Of a stretch of DNA of 44,697 nt, positions 30,813 through 39,875 are shown piece after piece. The stretch's first letter is position 1; each line of letters starts with the position of its first letter. The stretch is taken from contig CANPIH010000003.1 in NCBI GenBank assembly GCA_947574085.1, positions 1 through 44,697 of the forward strand, in the 5' to 3' direction. The position numbers and the translations under genes are program-made. Origin of the DNA: an uncultured Mycoplasmatota bacterium. Its GTDB lineage: Bacteria > Bacillota_I > Bacilli_A > RF39 > UBA660. The notes under the pieces were generated by a model, which saw only the letters and a program-made list of their open reading frames with translations, ran no database searches and was not told the DNA's origin.

Positions 30813-31802
30813 ATGGAAAAAATAGATTTTATAATTACCTGGGTAGATGGTAATGATAAAGCTTGGCAAAAGGAAAAAAATAAATACAGTGGGAATCCCA
30901 ATGGGAATGGAGTTAACCGTTATCGTGATTGGGGAACATTAAAATATTGGTTTCGTGGAGTCGAAAAATTTGCTCCCTGGGTTCACAAAATTCATTTCGT
31001 TACGTGGGGGCATATTCCAGATTGGTTGGATCCAAATCATCCTAAAATTAATATTGTAAAACATGAAGACTTTATTCCAAAAGAAAATTTGCCTTTATTT
31101 AATATAAGAGCTATGGAATTACATTTTCATAAAATAAAAGGACTTGCAGAACAATTTGTTTTCTTTAATGATGATTTCTTTTTGACAAAACCAGTAAAGG
31201 AAACTGACTTTTTTAAAGATGGTAAACCAAAAGATTGTTTTATTGAAAACGCCTTAATGACAAATGGTTGTAATGATACTTATGCCAATTCTTTATTAAA
31301 CGATATGACAATTGTGAATAATATTTTTAATAAAAGAGAAGTCATGAAAAAAAACTTTTTTAAAATTTTTAATTATCGCAATGGATTAAAAAATTTAAGA
31401 ACTTTTCTTTTGCTTCCATGGCCATACTTTTCTGAACTATACAATCCTCATACTGCGGATGCTTTATTAAAAAGCACTTTAAAAGAAGTTTGGAAAAAAG
31501 AACCCAACTGGCTTATGGATGCGTCTAAAAATAGATTTCGTGATTACAACGATGTATCTAAATACGTTTTTCGCTATTATCAATTAATGAGTGGAAACTT
31601 TTCTCCAAGAAGTGTAAATTTTAGTCATTATTTTGAACTTACAAATAGAAATGATGCCATAATAAAAGCCATTAAAAAACAAAAATATCACATTATATGT
31701 ATGAACGATAGTACACCAGAAATTGATTTTAAAAAAGTACAAAAAGAAATTTTTAATGCTTTTGAAAGCATATTATCAGAAAAAAGTAGTTTTGAAAGAT
31801 AG
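30813..31802 (+). CDS. Stealth family hexose-1-phosphate phosphotransferase
   Basis: CR1 IDFIITWVDGND, CR2 RYRDWGTLKYWFRGVEKFAPW...FNDDFF, RFR, CR4 ICMND, KSSFE. Confidence 0.9.
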   Translation: MEKIDFIITWVDGNDKAWQKEKNKYSGNPNGNGVNRYRDWGTLKYWFRGVEKFAPWVHKIHFVTWGHIPDWLDPNHPKINIVKHEDFIPKENLPLFNIRAMELHFHKIKGLAEQFVFFNDDFFLTKPVKETDFFKDGKPKDCFIENALMTNGCNDTYANSLLNDMTIVNNIFNKREVMKKNFFKIFNYRNGLKNLRTFLLLPWPYFSELYNPHTADALLKSTLKEVWKKEPNWLMDASKNRFRDYNDVSKYVFRYYQLMSGNFSPRSVNFSHYFELTNRNDAIIKAIKKQKYHIICMNDSTPEIDFKKVQKEIFNAFESILSEKSSFER

Positions 31803-31845
31803 AAAAAATTTACTTTTTTTTATTGCATTTTAGGAGGAAAAAAAT

Positions 31846-32709
31846 TTGGAAAAACGTTTTTATGAAATAAAAATGGCAAGTATTTATGGTATTTTAGGCA
31901 ATATTATTTTAGCCATTTTAAAAATTATAGTTGGAATTACAACTCATAGTCAAGCTATGCTTGCTGATTCCTATAATTCTTTAAGTGATGTATTTTCTTC
32001 CTTTATGACTTTTATTGGAAATAAAATTGCCAGTAAGCCAAGTGACGAGGATCATAATTTAGGTCATGGAAAAGCAGAATACATTTACTCTATGCTCATT
32101 AGTATAACAATGTTTTTGCTAGTATTCACGTCTTTTAAATCTTCTTTGTTTTCTCTAATTTATAAAGAATCTTTTTTATTTTCAAAGTGGTTAGTTATTG
32201 TTTGCTTTCTAACTATTTTTATTAAGTTTCTTTTGTATCTTTATACAAATGCACTTGCTAAAAAGTATAAAAATATTTTACTTTATGCTAATTCTAAGGA
32301 TCATCGAAACGATTGTATTATTACATTTGTCAATCTTTTCTCTTGCCTTTTATCTATTTATCATATTTATTTTATTGATGGCATTGCTGGCATTTTGATT
32401 TCTATTTGGATCCTGAATACGGCCATTCAAATTTTTAAAGAAAGCTATCATGTATTAATGGATAAATCTATGGATGAAAAAACAAGAAAAAAAGTCTACG
32501 AACTTATTAAAAGTTATGAAGAAATTCAAAAAATTAATCACTTTAATGCAACTCCTGTAGGATATAAATATCAAATTTCTTTAACTATTTTTGTAGATGG
32601 AAAATTAACCACTTTTGAAAGCCATGAAATTGCTAATCGTTTGGAAAAAGAAATAGTAGAAAAAATAGATGAAATTTATTTGGTTGTTATTCATGTGAAT
32701 CCTATTTAA
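31846..32709 (+). CDS. Cation diffusion facilitator family transporter (FieF-like)
   Basis: AMLADSYNSLSD, KPSDEDHNLGHGKAEY, DHRND, ESHEIA, IHVNP; TTG after AGGAGG. Confidence 0.9.
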   Translation: MEKRFYEIKMASIYGILGNIILAILKIIVGITTHSQAMLADSYNSLSDVFSSFMTFIGNKIASKPSDEDHNLGHGKAEYIYSMLISITMFLLVFTSFKSSLFSLIYKESFLFSKWLVIVCFLTIFIKFLLYLYTNALAKKYKNILLYANSKDHRNDCIITFVNLFSCLLSIYHIYFIDGIAGILISIWILNTAIQIFKESYHVLMDKSMDEKTRKKVYELIKSYEEIQKINHFNATPVGYKYQISLTIFVDGKLTTFESHEIANRLEKEIVEKIDEIYLVVIHVNPI

Positions 32710-32714
32710 ATAAG

Positions 32715-32749
32715 AAAAAAATCTAAAATTTTAAATTTTTAGATTTTTT
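32715..32749. terminator. AT-rich bidirectional terminator between convergent genes
   Basis: AAAAAATCTAAAA ... TTTTAGATTTTTT inverted repeat between the stops at 32709 (+) and 32748 (-). Confidence 0.55.
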
Positions 32750-33164
32750 ACTTACTTCTAGTATTATCTTCATATAATGGTGCTTCAAAGGCTTGTCGAA
32801 TTGCTTCTGCTTCTTTTTCTGAATACTCTTTTTTATAAAAAGGAATTTCTTGACCACTACTATTTATTTGTGAAATTTCTGTTAATTTACTTTCGTCATC
32901 TAAAGATAAATTTCTCTTTTCTCTATTTAAATTGCTAATAAATGCGTATTGACTAATTATCGTATCAAGTGAACTCTTAGTTTGAGAAATGGTAAGTTGT
33001 AATTTTTTAATCTCATCGTATATCTTTTTTTGCTCTAATTGGTTATTCGAGGTATTATTAAGACGGAAATACAATTCATGATGTTGAGCTAATTCAGTTT
33101 TAAAGTCTATAAGTGCTTTATTTAATTCATTAATTTTTGTAAATAGCATTTCTTCAATATCCAT
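32748..33164 (-). CDS. Hypothetical protein, coiled-coil rich
   Basis: 138 aa ORF with AAGGAG RBS, fills the gap between CDF and nifJ; no recognised family. Confidence 0.6.
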   Translation of the reverse strand: MDIEEMLFTKINELNKALIDFKTELAQHHELYFRLNNTSNNQLEQKKIYDEIKKLQLTISQTKSSLDTIISQYAFISNLNREKRNLSLDDESKLTEISQINSSGQEIPFYKKEYSEKEAEAIRQAFEAPLYEDNTRSK

Positions 33165-33308
33165 TTTTTATCTCTCCTTACTATATCTATAGTATAAAAG
33201 AGAAATGATTATTTATTCAAGTAATTGTAAATAAGTTTTACATAACTTTACTACTTATATAAAAAGTAAATATGTTATAATAAAAATAATACAAGGAGTG
33301 AAGAAGAA

Positions 33309-36300
33309 ATGAAAAAAGTAATGGATGCCAATAAAATGTGTTCCAATATTGCTTACCTTTTTAGTGAAGTTGCCAGTATCTATCCTATTACGCCGTCAAG
33401 TCCAATGGCTTCTAATATTGATTATCTAAATCATACGGAAAAACGAAATTTATTTAATAGTAAAGTAGAACTAATGGAGATGCAGAGTGAAGCGGGAGCA
33501 GCAGGTGCTATGCATGGTGCGCTAATTACAGGCTCTTTAGCAACAACTTTTACAGCAAGTCAAGGATTATTACTCATGCTTCCTAATATGTACAAAATGG
33601 CAGGAGAAATGCTTCCTGGAGTAATACATGTAGCGAGTCGTACGATTGCTACACATGCTTTATCTATTTTTGGAGATCATAGCGATATTTATGCAACACG
33701 ACAAACCGGTTTTTGTATGTTAGCTTCTACCAATATTGAAGATGTACGAGTAAATACGGCTGTTGCCCATCTTTCAACGATTAAAGGCTCTTTACCTTTT
33801 CTTCATTTCTTTGATGGTTTTCGTACAAGTCATGAACTTCATTCTATAGAAGAGATAGATGATACCGAATTTTTAAAACTTATCGATTATGAAAAAATAA
33901 ACGAATTTAAAAAAAATATATTAAATATAGATCATACGATTCAAAAGGGAATGGCTTCTAATGAAGATATTTATTTTCAAACGGTAGAAGCAAGAAATCC
34001 CTATTACAATGAGATTCCTACTATTGTAAATAATTATATGAATCAAGTAAATCAAATTTGTGGTACAAATTTAAAACCATTTAATTATTATGGAAGTGAA
34101 GAAGCTGAATACGTAATCGTGGCAATGGGAAGTGTTGTAGATACAATTAAACTAGTAGTAGAAAAAGAAAATAAAAAGAGTGCGAAATTAGGGGTAATTG
34201 AAGTGCATTTGTATCGTCCTTTTAGTCAACAATACTTAAAAAATGTTTTACCAAAGTCTGTAAAAAGAATCGCCGTTTTGGATCGAACCAAAGAAGCAGG
34301 AAGTGTAGGAGAACCCTTGTACTTAGATGTATTATCTGCTTTAAAGAAAGAACCTATTGAAATTGTGGGTGGAAGATATGGTCTTTCTAGTAAAAATACA
34401 ACACCAAGTGCTATTTATAGTGTATTTCAAATGTTAGAAAAAGACTTAAAAGAAAATTTTACTATTGGAATAGAAGATGATGTTACTTATCTTAGTCTTG
34501 AAAAAAACGATTATACTTTAAATTTAGATGCTAAAGAAATCAAAATTTATGGTTTTGGTAGTGATGGTATGGTGAGTGCAAGTAAAGATATTTTAAGTCT
34601 AGCTTTAACCAAATTAGATAAATATGGAGATGGATACTTTGAATACGATTCGAAAAAAAGTGGTGGAGTTACTATTAGCAACTTACGTATTAAAAATACA
34701 GAGTTTTATTCTCCCTTTTATGTAACCAATCCAGATTTAGTTGTGGTAACCAAGGATGAGTATTTTAAAAAATTTGAAATGTTAACAGGCATGAAAGAAA
34801 ATGGAACCCTTCTTATTAACACGACCGATGTTTCTTTATTAAGAAAAAAAATAAGTAAAAAAGATAAACAATTTATAAAAGAAAAACATATTCGTGTTTT
34901 AGTTATTAACGCAAGTAAGTTGGCTGAAGAACACCACATTAAAGGAAAAATTAATAAAATTATGGAAGTCGTTATCTTAAAATTGATTGGAATTGATAAC
35001 TCTTTGCGTCTTGTTTTGGATACAATTGAAACTTTATTTAAAAACAAAGGGAAAGAAGTTATAGAAAACAATAAAAGAGCGATCCAAAATGCTTTATTAA
35101 ATGTAAATGAAATTACTTTGGGAGAAGAAGGATTAGAAGAAAAACCTATAAATAGTTTATTTGAGAAAATTGATAGAAGACTTGGAAATACAATTCCTGT
35201 AAGTGAATTAGAAAGTTTTAAAAATGGTACTTTTATGGGTGGAACTTCAAAATTTGAAAAACGGAAAATTTCTGATAAAGTTGCCAAGTGGATTCCAGAA
35301 AACTGTATAGAATGTGGTCGCTGTAGTTTTGTTTGTCCACATAGTGTAATTCGTTCTTTTAAAACAAAAGACAAAACGATTGGAAAACCTATGCTTGGAA
35401 GAGAAGAATACAACTACTTCGTAAGCGTTAGTGAAGCCGATTGTACAAGTTGTGGATTGTGTATTGCTATATGTCCAGGGCTTAAAGGAGAAAAAGCTTT
35501 AACTTTTGGGGAATATGATGAAGAAAAGCAAAAACAAAGTGACTACTATTTTACTTCTTATGAAAATCCTGAAAGTGATAAAAGCGATACGGTAAAAGAT
35601 TTAAGTTTTGTTAAACCTTATTTTGAATTTTCGGGAGCTTGTGCTGGTTGTGGAGAAACATCTTATATAAGAGTACTAACACAAATTGTAGGAAAAAAAT
35701 TAGTAATAGCTAATGCAACTGGTTGTTCAAGTATTTATGGTGGAAGTATGCCATCTACGCCTTATACAGTTCCTTGGGCAAATTCTTTATTTGAAGACAA
35801 TGCAGAATTTGCATTAGGGATGGTTCTTTCTTATAAACAAAAAAGAAAGCAAATAGAAAATATTATGAGAACTTCTTTAAATACTGTTGAAGGTACTATA
35901 AAAGAAAAATTTAATGAATGGTTAGAAAATCAAGAAGATTTTAAAGTTACTTATTCTTTAAAAAATGAATTAAAAAATTTACAAATTCCTAAAGATTTAA
36001 AAGATTTATTGGACTATATTCCAGCTCGTAGTGTATGGGCTATTGGTGGAGATGGTTGGGCTTATGATATTGGCTTTGGAGGAATTGATCATATTTTATC
36101 TAGTGAGGAGAAAGTAAAAATTTTAGTACTTGATACAGAAGTTTATTCCAATACGGGAGGGCAAATGTCCAAATCATCCAAAGTAGGCCAAGTAGCCGAG
36201 TTTGCCGATTTTGGAAAAAAGAGTGCCAAGAAAGATTTATTTAAAATAGCCATGTGTTATCCAAATTGCTATGTTGGAAGCATATGTTTAGGGGCTGATT

Positions 36301-36665
36301 TTACACAAACTATTAAAACTCTTAAAGAAGCTGAAGCACACGATGGTCCAGCAATAGTTATAGCGTATTGCCCTTGTGTGGAGCATGGAATAAAGGGTGG
36401 CCTTTCTTGTACAACAAAAGAACAATCTTTAGCGGTAGAAGTAGGTTACCAACTCTTAATGCGTTATCACCCAAAGGAAGAAAAATTGTATTTGGATAGT
36501 AAAGAACCAAATTTTGAACTTTATGAAACTTTTTTAGATAATGAAACTAGATACCATGCTTTGAAGATTAAAGATGAAAATTTAGCAAAAAAATTGGTAA
36601 ATGTTAATAAACGAAATGCAATAAAAAGATATTATTATTACAAAGAAAAAAGCACTAACAACTAA
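33309..36665 (+). CDS. nifJ: Pyruvate:ferredoxin (flavodoxin) oxidoreductase
   Basis: IYPITPSSPM, EMQSEAGAAG, FTASQGLLLM, FFDGFRTSHE, GGRYGL.SK, YDSKKSGG, two CxxCxxC ferredoxin motifs, FEFSGACAGCGET, ANATGCSSIYG, GGDGWAYDIG, DTEVYSNTGGQ. Confidence 0.97.
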   Translation: MKKVMDANKMCSNIAYLFSEVASIYPITPSSPMASNIDYLNHTEKRNLFNSKVELMEMQSEAGAAGAMHGALITGSLATTFTASQGLLLMLPNMYKMAGEMLPGVIHVASRTIATHALSIFGDHSDIYATRQTGFCMLASTNIEDVRVNTAVAHLSTIKGSLPFLHFFDGFRTSHELHSIEEIDDTEFLKLIDYEKINEFKKNILNIDHTIQKGMASNEDIYFQTVEARNPYYNEIPTIVNNYMNQVNQICGTNLKPFNYYGSEEAEYVIVAMGSVVDTIKLVVEKENKKSAKLGVIEVHLYRPFSQQYLKNVLPKSVKRIAVLDRTKEAGSVGEPLYLDVLSALKKEPIEIVGGRYGLSSKNTTPSAIYSVFQMLEKDLKENFTIGIEDDVTYLSLEKNDYTLNLDAKEIKIYGFGSDGMVSASKDILSLALTKLDKYGDGYFEYDSKKSGGVTISNLRIKNTEFYSPFYVTNPDLVVVTKDEYFKKFEMLTGMKENGTLLINTTDVSLLRKKISKKDKQFIKEKHIRVLVINASKLAEEHHIKGKINKIMEVVILKLIGIDNSLRLVLDTIETLFKNKGKEVIENNKRAIQNALLNVNEITLGEEGLEEKPINSLFEKIDRRLGNTIPVSELESFKNGTFMGGTSKFEKRKISDKVAKWIPENCIECGRCSFVCPHSVIRSFKTKDKTIGKPMLGREEYNYFVSVSEADCTSCGLCIAICPGLKGEKALTFGEYDEEKQKQSDYYFTSYENPESDKSDTVKDLSFVKPYFEFSGACAGCGETSYIRVLTQIVGKKLVIANATGCSSIYGGSMPSTPYTVPWANSLFEDNAEFALGMVLSYKQKRKQIENIMRTSLNTVEGTIKEKFNEWLENQEDFKVTYSLKNELKNLQIPKDLKDLLDYIPARSVWAIGGDGWAYDIGFGGIDHILSSEEKVKILVLDTEVYSNTGGQMSKSSKVGQVAEFADFGKKSAKKDLFKIAMCYPNCYVGSICLGADFTQTIKTLKEAEAHDGPAIVIAYCPCVEHGIKGGLSCTTKEQSLAVEVGYQLLMRYHPKEEKLYLDSKEPNFELYETFLDNETRYHALKIKDENLAKKLVNVNKRNAIKRYYYYKEKSTNN

Positions 36666-36681
36666 TTTGTTAATGCTTTTT
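36647..36681. terminator. Bidirectional intrinsic terminator overlapping the nifJ stop
   Basis: AAAAAGCACTAACAA-CTAAT-TTGTTAATGCTTTTT; the single C.A mismatch on + becomes a U.G pair on the minus strand. Confidence 0.75.
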
Positions 36682-36788
36682 AATTTCTCAATTTGAAGCT
36701 GCCCCCTGAAGACAGCTTCTAAAAGAATAAAAAGGGGTTGACTAGTGTGATACTAGCACCAATTCGCCTTCTCAAGTGAATTGGTGAT
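36647..36788 (-). ncRNA. Candidate small RNA 1 (~140 nt), unnamed
   Basis: Promoter upstream, hairpins at 36757-36786, 36742-36756 and 36695-36719, C-rich linker, terminator at 36647-36681; no ORF with RBS seen; GC-rich relative to flanks. Confidence 0.55.
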
Positions 36789-36792
36789 TTAT

Positions 36793-36821
36793 ATCCTAAT
36801 TGAAAAGGTTCATTTTGTCAA
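36793..36821 (-). promoter_or_regulatory. Sigma70-type promoter for candidate sRNA 1
   Basis: Minus strand TTGACA(36821-36816)-17 nt-TAGGAT(36798-36793). Confidence 0.65.
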
Positions 36822-37026
36822 CACTTTTTTGAAAGTTTTTAAAAGTTTTTTATTATTTGTTTTCTATTAGTAAAAATAATTTTATTAAATTTAAAATTTA
36901 AAGATAAAAAAATAATTTAAATACTTTTTAAATTAAATTTTTTATGAGAAACTTTTATAAAATAATTTTTAAAAACTATACATTTGTTCTCCTATCAGTT
37001 ATAATAAAGTATAAGGAGAAGTAGAG

Positions 37027-39009
37027 ATGGAATTAGATAGTATAAAAGGTGTGGGTGCTAAATCCATAGCCTTATTTAATAAATTAAATATTTACAATAT
37101 AGAAGATTTAATAACCTTTTATCCTTATCGTTACAATGTTTATAAACCAGTGGATTTAAAAATAGCTAACGATAATACGAATGTTACTATTAACGCAACC
37201 ATTGAAACGATGCCTAAACTTTCTTATATTAAAAAAAATTTTAATCGTTTATCTTTTAATGTAATAACAAATTCACTACTTGTTCATGTAACGATTTTTA
37301 ATCGTGCTTTTTTATATAAAAACCTAAATATAGGTAAAGAAATTATGTTGGTTGGAAAATACAATCAAAAAACGAATACTTTTCTAGCAAGTGAAATAAA
37401 ATTTGGTTTTGTAAAAGAGTTAAAAATAGAACCTGTTTACCATACAATAAAAGGGCTTAAAAATACTCAAATTCAAAAAGCAATTCAAGAAGTTCTTTCT
37501 AAAGAAGAAAAAATAGTTGATTATGTTCCAAAAGAATTTCAAGAGCAATATCTTTTTTCGACAAAAGAAAAATCTATAAATTTTGTGCATTTACCTAAAA
37601 GTATTAATGAAATAAAACAGGCTAAAGTTCGCCTTATATACGAAGAATTTTTTGTATTTATGTTAAAAATTAATTATTTAAAAAATAGAAGCAAAGAAGC
37701 TGTAGGGGTTGCAAAATCTTTTGATGAACAAAAAATAAAGAGTTTTATTAATGAGTTACCATTTTCTTTAACAAGCGATCAAGAAAATGCTGTTAAAGAG
37801 TGCTTAATGGATTTAAAAAGTGATAAAAAAATGAATCGTTTACTTTTAGGGGATGTTGGTAGCGGAAAAACAATTGTAGCTATTATTTCCATGTACGCTA
37901 CTTTTTTGAGTGGATATCAAAGTTCTTTAATGGCTCCCACAGAAATATTAGCTAGACAGCATTACGAAACTATTAAAAATTTAATGTTTCGATATGGAGC
38001 AAAGGTAGAGTTATTAGTTGGTAGTCAAAAGAAAACAGAGAGAAATCTTATTATAAACAAACTTTTAAGGGGAGAAATAGATATTTTAATTGGTACTCAT
38101 GCTTTATTAAATGATGAAGTGGTTTTTCAAAAATTAGGATTGGTTATTACTGATGAACAGCATCGCTTTGGAGTAAATCAAAGAGGAAATTTACAGAATA
38201 AAGGCATCGTTCCAGATATTATTTATATGAGTGCAACTCCTATTCCTAGAACGTATGCTTTAACAATTTATCAAGATATGGATGCTAGTATAATTAAAAT
38301 GAAACCAAGTGGAAGAAAGGAAGTTAAGACATTTGTTAAAAAAGAAAGTGAATTAAAAATTGTTTTAGTAAGCATTTTAGAAGAAATTAAAAAAGGGCGT
38401 CAAGTATATGTTGTTGCTCCCACTATTTTGGAAAATGAGGAAAGTAATTTGCATGATGTCAATCAATTAAAAGAAAATTTTGAAACAGCTTTTCAAAACA
38501 AAGTAGAAATAGAAGTGTTGCATGGAAAAATGAAAAATCATGATAAAGAAACAATAATGGATCGTTTTAAAAAAGGATTTACTAAAATTTTAATTTCAAC
38601 AACAGTTATTGAAGTTGGAGTTGATGTTCCAAATGCAACCATCATAGTTATTTTTAATGCTGATATGTTTGGACTTGCTACACTTCATCAATTGCGTGGA
38701 AGAGTAGGCAGAAATAATTTAGAATCGTATTGTTATTTAATAAGCAATTCAGATACTGAACGGTTAAAAGTATTAGAGAATAGTACTGATGGATTTTATA
38801 TTAGTGAACAAGACTTTTTAATGCGAAGAGGAGGAGATTTGTTTGGTACAAAACAAAGTGGAGATATGGTTTTTAAATTGGCAGATTTAAAAAGAGATTT
38901 TAAAATTTTATTGCAAGCCAAGATTGACAGTGAAAAGTTTTTAAATGATAATCCTGTTTTAGAAGAAAAATATCAAATGATTTTAAAAAGTGTAGTGCAT
39001 ATTGACTAA
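37027..39009 (+). CDS. recG: ATP-dependent DNA helicase RecG
   Basis: Wedge domain, MNRLLLGDVGSGKT, MAPTEILARQH, DEQHRFGV, MSATPIPRT, TTVIEVGVDVPNA, LHQLRGRVGR, G.KQSG. Confidence 0.97.
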   Translation: MELDSIKGVGAKSIALFNKLNIYNIEDLITFYPYRYNVYKPVDLKIANDNTNVTINATIETMPKLSYIKKNFNRLSFNVITNSLLVHVTIFNRAFLYKNLNIGKEIMLVGKYNQKTNTFLASEIKFGFVKELKIEPVYHTIKGLKNTQIQKAIQEVLSKEEKIVDYVPKEFQEQYLFSTKEKSINFVHLPKSINEIKQAKVRLIYEEFFVFMLKINYLKNRSKEAVGVAKSFDEQKIKSFINELPFSLTSDQENAVKECLMDLKSDKKMNRLLLGDVGSGKTIVAIISMYATFLSGYQSSLMAPTEILARQHYETIKNLMFRYGAKVELLVGSQKKTERNLIINKLLRGEIDILIGTHALLNDEVVFQKLGLVITDEQHRFGVNQRGNLQNKGIVPDIIYMSATPIPRTYALTIYQDMDASIIKMKPSGRKEVKTFVKKESELKIVLVSILEEIKKGRQVYVVAPTILENEESNLHDVNQLKENFETAFQNKVEIEVLHGKMKNHDKETIMDRFKKGFTKILISTTVIEVGVDVPNATIIVIFNADMFGLATLHQLRGRVGRNNLESYCYLISNSDTERLKVLENSTDGFYISEQDFLMRRGGDLFGTKQSGDMVFKLADLKRDFKILLQAKIDSEKFLNDNPVLEEKYQMILKSVVHID

Positions 39010-39045
39010 TTTATTTTATAAAATATAATAAGAGAAGGAGGATTT

Positions 39046-39663
39046 ATGAATCGAATAGAAATTAAAGAAAAATCTAAAAAAATAACAAAAGAAAACTTTA
39101 AAAACATTTGGAAAGGATATTTAATCGTCTTAGGGATTTCTTTTTTGTGTAGTTTAGTAATTTCTATTTTCTTTGAGAAAGAAAGTATATTTTATTATAG
39201 TTTGTCTTTGCTTACTTCTTTTTTTACTTCAACATTAACAGCTGGATTTTATTTTTATATTTTAAAAATAGTAAGAAATAAAAATATAGTTAAAGAAGAT
39301 TTATTTAAATTTATAGGAAATGTTTTGCCTATAGTAACTATTTCATTATTAACAACTATCTTTGTATTTTTATTTAGCCTTTTATTTATAATACCAGGAA
39401 TTATTGTTGCACTTAGTTATGCTATGTCACTTTATATATATATTGATAATCCAAACAAAACTCCTATGGAATGTTTATCACAGAGCAAAATTATGATGAA
39501 TGGCTATAAAATGGATTATTTAGTTTTTTGCTTAAGCTTTTTGGGATGGATTTTGTTAGGACTTTTAACTTTTGGAATAGCTCTAATATGGGCAATACCT
39601 TATATAAATGTTGCTCAAGCTCTTTATTATGATGAATTAAAAAAAAGAAAAGAAAAAAATTAA
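39046..39663 (+). CDS. DUF975 family membrane protein
   Basis: MNR.EIK, LLFIIPGII..LSY.M..YI, S..MMNGYK, LSFLGW, PY......YY. Confidence 0.85.
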   Translation: MNRIEIKEKSKKITKENFKNIWKGYLIVLGISFLCSLVISIFFEKESIFYYSLSLLTSFFTSTLTAGFYFYILKIVRNKNIVKEDLFKFIGNVLPIVTISLLTTIFVFLFSLLFIIPGIIVALSYAMSLYIYIDNPNKTPMECLSQSKIMMNGYKMDYLVFCLSFLGWILLGLLTFGIALIWAIPYINVAQALYYDELKKRKEKN

Positions 39664-39681
39664 TAAATTAATACGAATTTA

Positions 39682-39710
39682 TTGACAAAGAAGAAAATTC
39701 ATTATATCAT
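39682..39710 (+). promoter_or_regulatory. Sigma70-type promoter for candidate sRNA 2
   Basis: TTGACA(39682-39687)-17 nt-TATCAT(39705-39710). Confidence 0.7.
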
Positions 39711-39715
39711 TTTAA

Positions 39716-39828
39716 TAGCATGATAAATATCATGCTAACCTTTCGAATCATTCTTACGATTTTATGTGAGAATGAATCAACCAAAACCCCCTGAAGAGGA
39801 CACGACTTAATGTGTCCTCACTTTTTTT
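39716..39828 (+). ncRNA. Candidate small RNA 2 (~113 nt), C-rich, unnamed
   Basis: Hairpin TAGCATGATA/TATCATGCTA (39716-39737), hairpin TCATTCTTAC/GTGAGAATGA with a U.G pair (39748-39775), single-stranded AUCAACCAAAACCCCCUGAA, then terminator. Confidence 0.65.
39796..39828 (+). terminator. Intrinsic terminator of candidate sRNA 2
   Basis: GAGGACAC(39796-39803)/GTGTCCTC(39812-39819) followed by T7 (39822-39828). Confidence 0.8.
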
Positions 39829-39875
39829 GCCTAAAAATAAGGGAATTTCAAGGATTGGGAATTTATCAAAAGTGT

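Noticed and set aside
33224-33243. Rex-like box upstream of nifJ (TGTAAA-N5-TTTACA)
   Set aside because: Spacing and bases do not fit TTGTGAA-N4-TTCACAA, and such AT palindromes arise easily here.
36695-36719. FMN riboswitch or SRP RNA resemblance of UCUUCAGGGGGCAGC
   Set aside because: The downstream FMN core (GGUGAAAUUCC...) and the SRP CAGG..GGAA..AGCAG loop are absent, and there is no downstream ORF.
36830-36975. Extremely AT-rich stretch with AAAGTTTTT repeats as a replication origin
   Set aside because: I saw no DnaA boxes; the stretch is consistent with the upstream region of divergent promoters.
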